Below are positions 62,503 to 64,000 of a stretch of DNA of 64,000 nucleotides, one piece after another; positions within the stretch are counted from its first letter, which is position 1; each line of letters starts with the position of its first letter. The notes below the pieces were generated by a model. It saw only the letters and a program-made list of their open reading frames with translations, did not search any database and was not told the origin of the DNA. Origin of the DNA: Octopus bimaculoides (Eukaryota); contig NC_068987.1 of NCBI RefSeq assembly GCF_001194135.2, positions 51,256,206 to 51,320,205 of the forward strand, in the 5' to 3' direction. A program made the translations under genes and the position numbers.

Positions 62503-63814
62503 TGATTTGTAATTGTCGGGTGGTGTGTAGGTGTGTGCATGCACATGTTTACGTATGTGTGTATGTGTGTGTGAGTGTTGGTTATGGTTGTTAGAATCGT
62601 ATTGTAGGTGTATATATGCATGTTTTTTCTTGGAATGTGTGTGGGTTTGTGCTCTAGTGTGGGGATATTGTGATTTGTGCGTGTTTATATGTATGTGTGT
62701 GTGTTTGCGTCGGAGGTTTGCATTGTATTTGTGTGTGTGTGTGATTTTGTACATCTGTTTGTGTTTGTTTCGAGTGTGTACCTNNNNNNNNNNNNNNNNN
62801 NNNNNNNNNNNNNNNNNNNNNNNNNNNNNNNNNNNNNNNNNNNNNNNNNNNNNNNNNNNNNNNNNNNNNNNNNNNNNNNNNNNNNNNNNNNNNNNNNNNN
62901 NNNNNNNNNNNNNNNNNNNNNNNNNNNNNNNNNNNNNNNNNNNNNNNNNNNNNNNNNNNNNNNNNNNNNNNNNNNNNNNNNNNNNNNNNNNNNNNNNNNN
63001 NNNNNNNNNNNNNNNNNNNNNNNNNNNNNNNNNNNNNNNNNNNNNNNNNNNNNNNNNNNNNNNNNNNNNNNNNNNNNNNNNNNNNNNNNNNNNNNNNNNN
63101 NNNNNNNNNNNNNNNNNNNNNNNNNNNNNNNNNNNNNNNNNNNNNNNNNNNNNNNNNNNNNNNNNNNNNNNNNNNNNNNNNNNNNNNNNNNNNNNNNNNN
63201 NNNNNNNNNNNNNNNNNNNNNNNNNNNNNNNNNNNNNNNNNNNNNNNNNNNNNNNNNNNNNNNNNNNNNNNNNNNNNNNNNNNNNNNNNNNNNNNNNNNN
63301 NNNNNNNNNNNNNNNNNNNNNNNNNNNNNNNNNNNNNNNNNNNNNNNNNNNNNNNNNNNNNNNNNNNNNNNNNNNNNNNATATATATATATATACATGTA
63401 TATATATTGCATTTATAATAAACTTCTCAATACTTATGCATTATAATTTCAAAATACTCAATGTTAATCTCAGATTTCAATCACCAGCCAATGGATGACA
63501 AATGGACATGCGTAATGTTTTATCTTATATATCACCTATCTCTCTTTTAGCCGTAATTGTGAATCTAAATATTTCAACAGTTTTACCCACATGACATGGA
63601 ATGCATGAAACGGTTGTGTACAGAAACTTCCACTCTTTCTTTAATAACTCATCACCCATACATATTAACATTTACATATTCTCAATATGGTTATAATGAA
63701 TGCAAAGTATATATGTGGATATTGATAAATTTTCCCTGTCTACATCAACATACACACACATACACACACACATATATATACACATACATACATATATACA
63801 TACATACATACACA

Positions 63815-63945
63815 ACAGGCTTCGTTCAGTTTCCGTCTACCAAATCGATTTACAAGGATTCGGTTGGCCCCAGTGTATAGTAGAATGCAACTGCCCAAGT
63901 TGCCATACAGTTTGTCTGAATCTGGAACCATGTGATTGAGAAGCA
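63815..63945 (-). mobile_element. SINE family 1 fragment
   Basis: Minus strand cttgcttctcaatcacatggttcc..ggtagacggaaactgaacgaagcc. Confidence 0.7.
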
Positions 63946-63947
63946 AG

Positions 63948-64000
<53 letters not shown>

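Noticed and set aside
63930-63950. SINE family 1 fragment that starts near the proposed Tx1 target site
   Set aside because: It abuts a (TA)n tract at the window edge and no Tx1 sequence is visible, so it cannot count as a third junction.

Overview
AT-rich, microsatellite-dense animal genomic DNA from a gappy draft assembly. It has 18 N-runs, most next to (TA)n or other simple repeats. The repeat families resemble those I recall from Octopus (inference, not a database result). I find no convincing host protein-coding exon, rRNA, tRNA gene or CRISPR array. The window is a collection of decayed mobile elements. DNA transposons: Chapaev3-like, maT/DD37D, mariner, Tc1, and piggyBac-, Tc1-type and foldback MITEs. 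LINEs: L1/Tx1, RTE, CR1/L2-like and R4/Dong-like (RLE). There are also Penelope-like RT and GIY-YIG fragments and several tRNA-derived SINE families. Main observations: (1) Tx1-like gag/ORF1 elements repeatedly begin at a fixed base inside the tRNA-like heads of two SINE families, a target-like copy reappears at their 3' ends, and they stack in tandem. (2) Two of them look like ~1.65-kb ORF1-only (HAL1-like) units. (3) There is a near-complete minimal type-I hammerhead ribozyme at 6417-6477 (-), a four-copy hammerhead-like family with a shared U4C core variant, and further decayed candidates. (4) A CR1-like LINE shares its 3' tail with the most abundant SINE here. All family assignments come from motif recognition by eye and need database confirmation.
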